A stretch of 64,000 nucleotides of DNA from the NCBI GenBank assembly GCA_977020255.1, contig CDROCS010004090.1, forward strand, positions 62,001-126,000. Direction: 5' to 3'. Positions 61,021-64,000 of this stretch are shown in pieces. Origin of the DNA: Obrimoposthia wandeli. Lineage: Eukaryota. A program made the position numbers and the translations under genes. The notes beneath the pieces were generated by a model. The model was not told where the DNA came from. It did no database searches and was given only the letters and a program-made list of their open reading frames with translations. Each line of letters starts with the position of its first letter. Position 1 is the first letter of the stretch.

Positions 61021-63980
61021 TCACTTTGTTTTCTTCATGTTTTCCAAAGCTCTAGTTCTTTTCTGATCAATTTGTTCCATTTCCAAAATCATCTGAAAAA
61101 AATTCCATTAGTCAAAAGCATGTCATTTGAAAACAAAAAGTTAAAATACAGTATACGACAAAAGTCTCGTAACTCCTTTATGCAGAAATAAGAGGTCACA
61201 GGAGTACAATTTGTTGTTTTTAAAATACAAACTGAACTTGGTATTTTGTGGACCATTCTTTAAATTTCTTTACCATTATCTAATCTCTGTGGCATTATTG
61301 AAACCCATGTCTCGGTAGTTTCTGGTTTTATCGAATACCAAGTTCTTGAACTGTTTTCCACAATTTATCACAATTACTCAAATAATTAGATTCCAATTGA
61401 GTTTAGATAATTCCTCATACGTTTTCAATTGGATTAAGATCTTGATAATTATCTGGTCAACTAAAAAACTTTAATATTCAGCAACATATTCGAAGTACTC
61501 TATGAGGTGGTGCCATATCATGTTGGAAAAAAATTTGCAGTTTGGAAAATCTAAACATTTACCAATCTTTTCAATGTTTTCATGTTTCCATTAATTAATT
61601 TTATAATTTTTGTTTCATTAAAATTCATACATCCTTAACAAATGAATATGATGTGTGTGTTTCAATGCATCTATACCAACGGTTCCCAACCTTTCTGGTG
61701 CGGGGATCCCAAGAATATGGGTTAATTTACTATTATAATTAGAGAATAGTGTTATTACCGCGAGAATACAACACAAGGACTTTCGGTATAATAAAACAAC
61801 TTTTTAAAAGGCCTTGCTGCCGTAGGCGACTCCAGGCAAATTGTCAGGCCACCCCAGTTGGGGTCGCGACCCACAGGTTGGGAACCGCTGATCTATACGG
61901 ACAAGTGTAAAATTATTTCCACCTTTTCACCTTTAAATTACGAGTTTTCTGGAGGTTTTTAAGTATTGAAAATATACATTCATCATTGAATACAAAAGAA
62001 ATTCAAAAATCAATATTTAAAGTCTTAGTAAGATATGGCTTTTTAATGTTTTCATCACATATATTTATAGCAATACTCTGAACTCTGGCTGACAAAGTTC
62101 TTTCAGCAAATTAACGGTAAATACCACATTTTTTCTTGCAGGAAGCAATCTGTCTTTCAAAGATGATCTAACGATGCTCCTTTCATCTCGTATACTTGTT
62201 CCGCTTGACCCTCTTGACCCACTTCGAAATTTATTATTAATAATACTAGTTTCTTGATACTATTTTCAAACGTCCTGCATACTCTTATTTGTTTGTTTTT
62301 CATTTATATTTTTCTCATAATTCATCATTGACCTGATTCCAGGTGAGAACATACTTTGTCAAGATTAAAATAACACGTCCCAGGAAATTATAAATATAAA
62401 ATAACAAGAAAACAAACCTAATAGAAGAACATATTTTGCATTCATATTTTACAACTTTAGCGGTATTTTATGATATATCGTTAAATATCCCAATAACGAA
62501 CCTCGATATAACAAAAAAACAATAACAAAACGAATAGCTTAGTCCATTGCATTTCGTTTTATCGGGGTTTCAATGTATAACTTTAATACGTTTAAAATAA
62601 TGTAATTTAAAATAAATTATAATTGGGAATGACAAAACTTTTGTTGCATACTGTAACATACAATATGTATACTTTATGTCTTCTGATATAGACCCTGGTT
62701 CTATTGAAGATCAAGGTTTTATTGGAAACAGAGGTTCTATTGAAGATCAAGGTTCAATTAGAAACCCAGGTTTTATAGGAGGCTCAGGTTTTATTGAATA
62801 TCCAGGTTCTATTGATTATTAGTATAGATATTTATTTTTGAGTGAATAAAGCGTAGTCAAAAGAATATTCTTAGCTGTATTATCAACGAACATGGGAAGT
62901 TATGGAAAGGGAAATTATAAAACATAAACATATTTGTAAAATTTGTTTCTCAAAGACATTTGGAAAAATATAAAGTTATTATATTGTTTAAATTTTACGT
63001 TTCATAGGGTTACTAATTTTTGTTGTTTAAATGTTTTTCTTTTTCTTTTAATGATTTTATTCAATTAATCTAAACTTTAACGAACATATTAAGAATGTAA
63101 ATGATGAGAAAATATTTGGTTAAGCAAGTAGTTTAAAGAAAAAGATGTAAATTTTAAAAAATATTATTTTTTATTTAAAAAAAAGTTTGTTGAAAACTAT
63201 TTAATACAATTGGGTCAATTCATGTCAAATAATATTTGAGTGTCTGCGCTTATAGTGTTAACGCGATAAATCAGTGAATCCTACGTATCTTATAACTGTA
63301 TAATTTTCATTCAAGCATGATTTAAATAAATAATTTTTAATTTTAAAAAATTCTGGCCCATTTCAATCGGTAACTCTTAATCATCATTTAAATTCTCAAA
63401 ATTAAAACATAGCAAAGACACTTTTTAATATTCGATTCACTCCAATGTTAGTTTTTTAAATGTGTAATAAATATACTACTGAATATCTTTAAGTAATATA
63501 AGTGCATATATTTAGAAAATTACCTTGGAAATTTCAGTTTCAATTGAGCTTCTATATGAATTGGCCTTGCCCAACTTCTCCATCTCCGCCAGAAATCGTC
63601 GACGATCCGCGACTTCATCAACCACTGTCGATAAAAACAATATAGGAAACGAATTCTTAACACTACACAGAGAAGAAGATATGTTTCTTATATGATCAAT
63701 GAAAAGAAAAGTTCAGATACATATTACTAAAAGCGTGTCTAATATTTGTTCAGCAGTGTAAATGTTAATTGGGATAATAACGTCAGGTTTTAAAATATAC
63801 GGTTTTTTATTAGTCAAACATGAAAAATTCTAATCAGATACTCACACTCATCGAATCGGTCCTGGATTACTGTACTTGGCCGAGACTTTGACTCTGGCTT
63901 CTTCTTCACCTGGAGATCCTCTCCAAAGGCCATAATATTTGCAAGCTTCTCTTTCTCTTTATTTCGATCCACCGTTCGCG
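61021..63980 (-). CDS. UPF0193 protein EVG1 (C22orf23)-like, last three exons; the 5' part is outside the window
   Basis: Exons 63846-63980, 63524-63624 and 61021-61092 splice in phase to ..EKEKLANIMAFGED..DRFDELVDEVADRRRFLAEMEKLGKANSYRSSIETEISKMILEMEQIDQKR..*. Confidence 0.8.
61149..62653 (-). mobile_element. Degraded Tc1 element in the EVG1-like intron
   Basis: TIRs CAGTATACGACAAAAGT and ACTTTTGTTGCATACTG, each flanked by TA. Transposase remnants FRSG..RDERSIVRSS, FQHDMAPPH and DLNPIENV. Confidence 0.8.
61677..61890. mobile_element. hAT-derived MITE (214 bp) nested in the Tc1 element
   Basis: TIRs CAACGGTTCCCAACCT and AGGTTGGGAACCGCTG; perfect 8-bp TSD ATCTATAC. Confidence 0.92.
62676..62822 (+). 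repeat. 18-bp tandem repeat forming a 48-aa mini-ORF of G-[SF]-I-x-x-x hexapeptides
   Basis: MSSDIDPGSIEDQGFIGNRGSIEDQGSIRNPGFIGGSGFIEYPGSIDY*. Confidence 0.6.
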
Positions 63981-64000
63981 CTGTACATGAATTTGATAAA

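Overview
This is very AT-rich eukaryotic (animal) genomic DNA with many transposable elements. It holds three host genes. (i) A 13-exon RBM25 gene (14422-26142, minus strand) that I could assemble in frame from start to stop. (ii) Scattered plus-strand exons of a multi-PLAT/LH2-domain (LOXHD1-like) gene, about 30.5-58.3 kb. (iii) The last three exons of a UPF0193/EVG1 (C22orf23-like) gene (61021-63980, minus). Introns fall into two classes: 36-50 nt micro-introns and multi-kb introns filled with TEs. The main features are two unrelated endogenous Polinton/Maverick (adintovirus-like) elements. Element 1 (window start to ~10221) has a decayed but essentially complete virus-like gene set: protein-primed PolB, adenain protease, major and minor capsid proteins, chromodomain integrase, pX-like protein and packaging ATPase. 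It also has accessory ORFs and a nested-palindrome terminus. Element 2 (45260-53777, AGTAGT...ACTACT ends) is a fold-back derivative. Both ends are the PolB end in inverted orientation, there are no capsid, integrase or ATPase genes, and the terminal hairpin loop is flipped between the two ends. Other elements are a near-intact GC-rich SPIN/GTF2IRD2-type hAT with an 8-bp TSD, a solo LTR with a 4-bp TSD, Gypsy, MULE and Tc1/mariner remnants, a hAT MITE nested in a Tc1 element, and an RPSA pseudogene. All family assignments come from motifs recognised by eye; no database searches were run.
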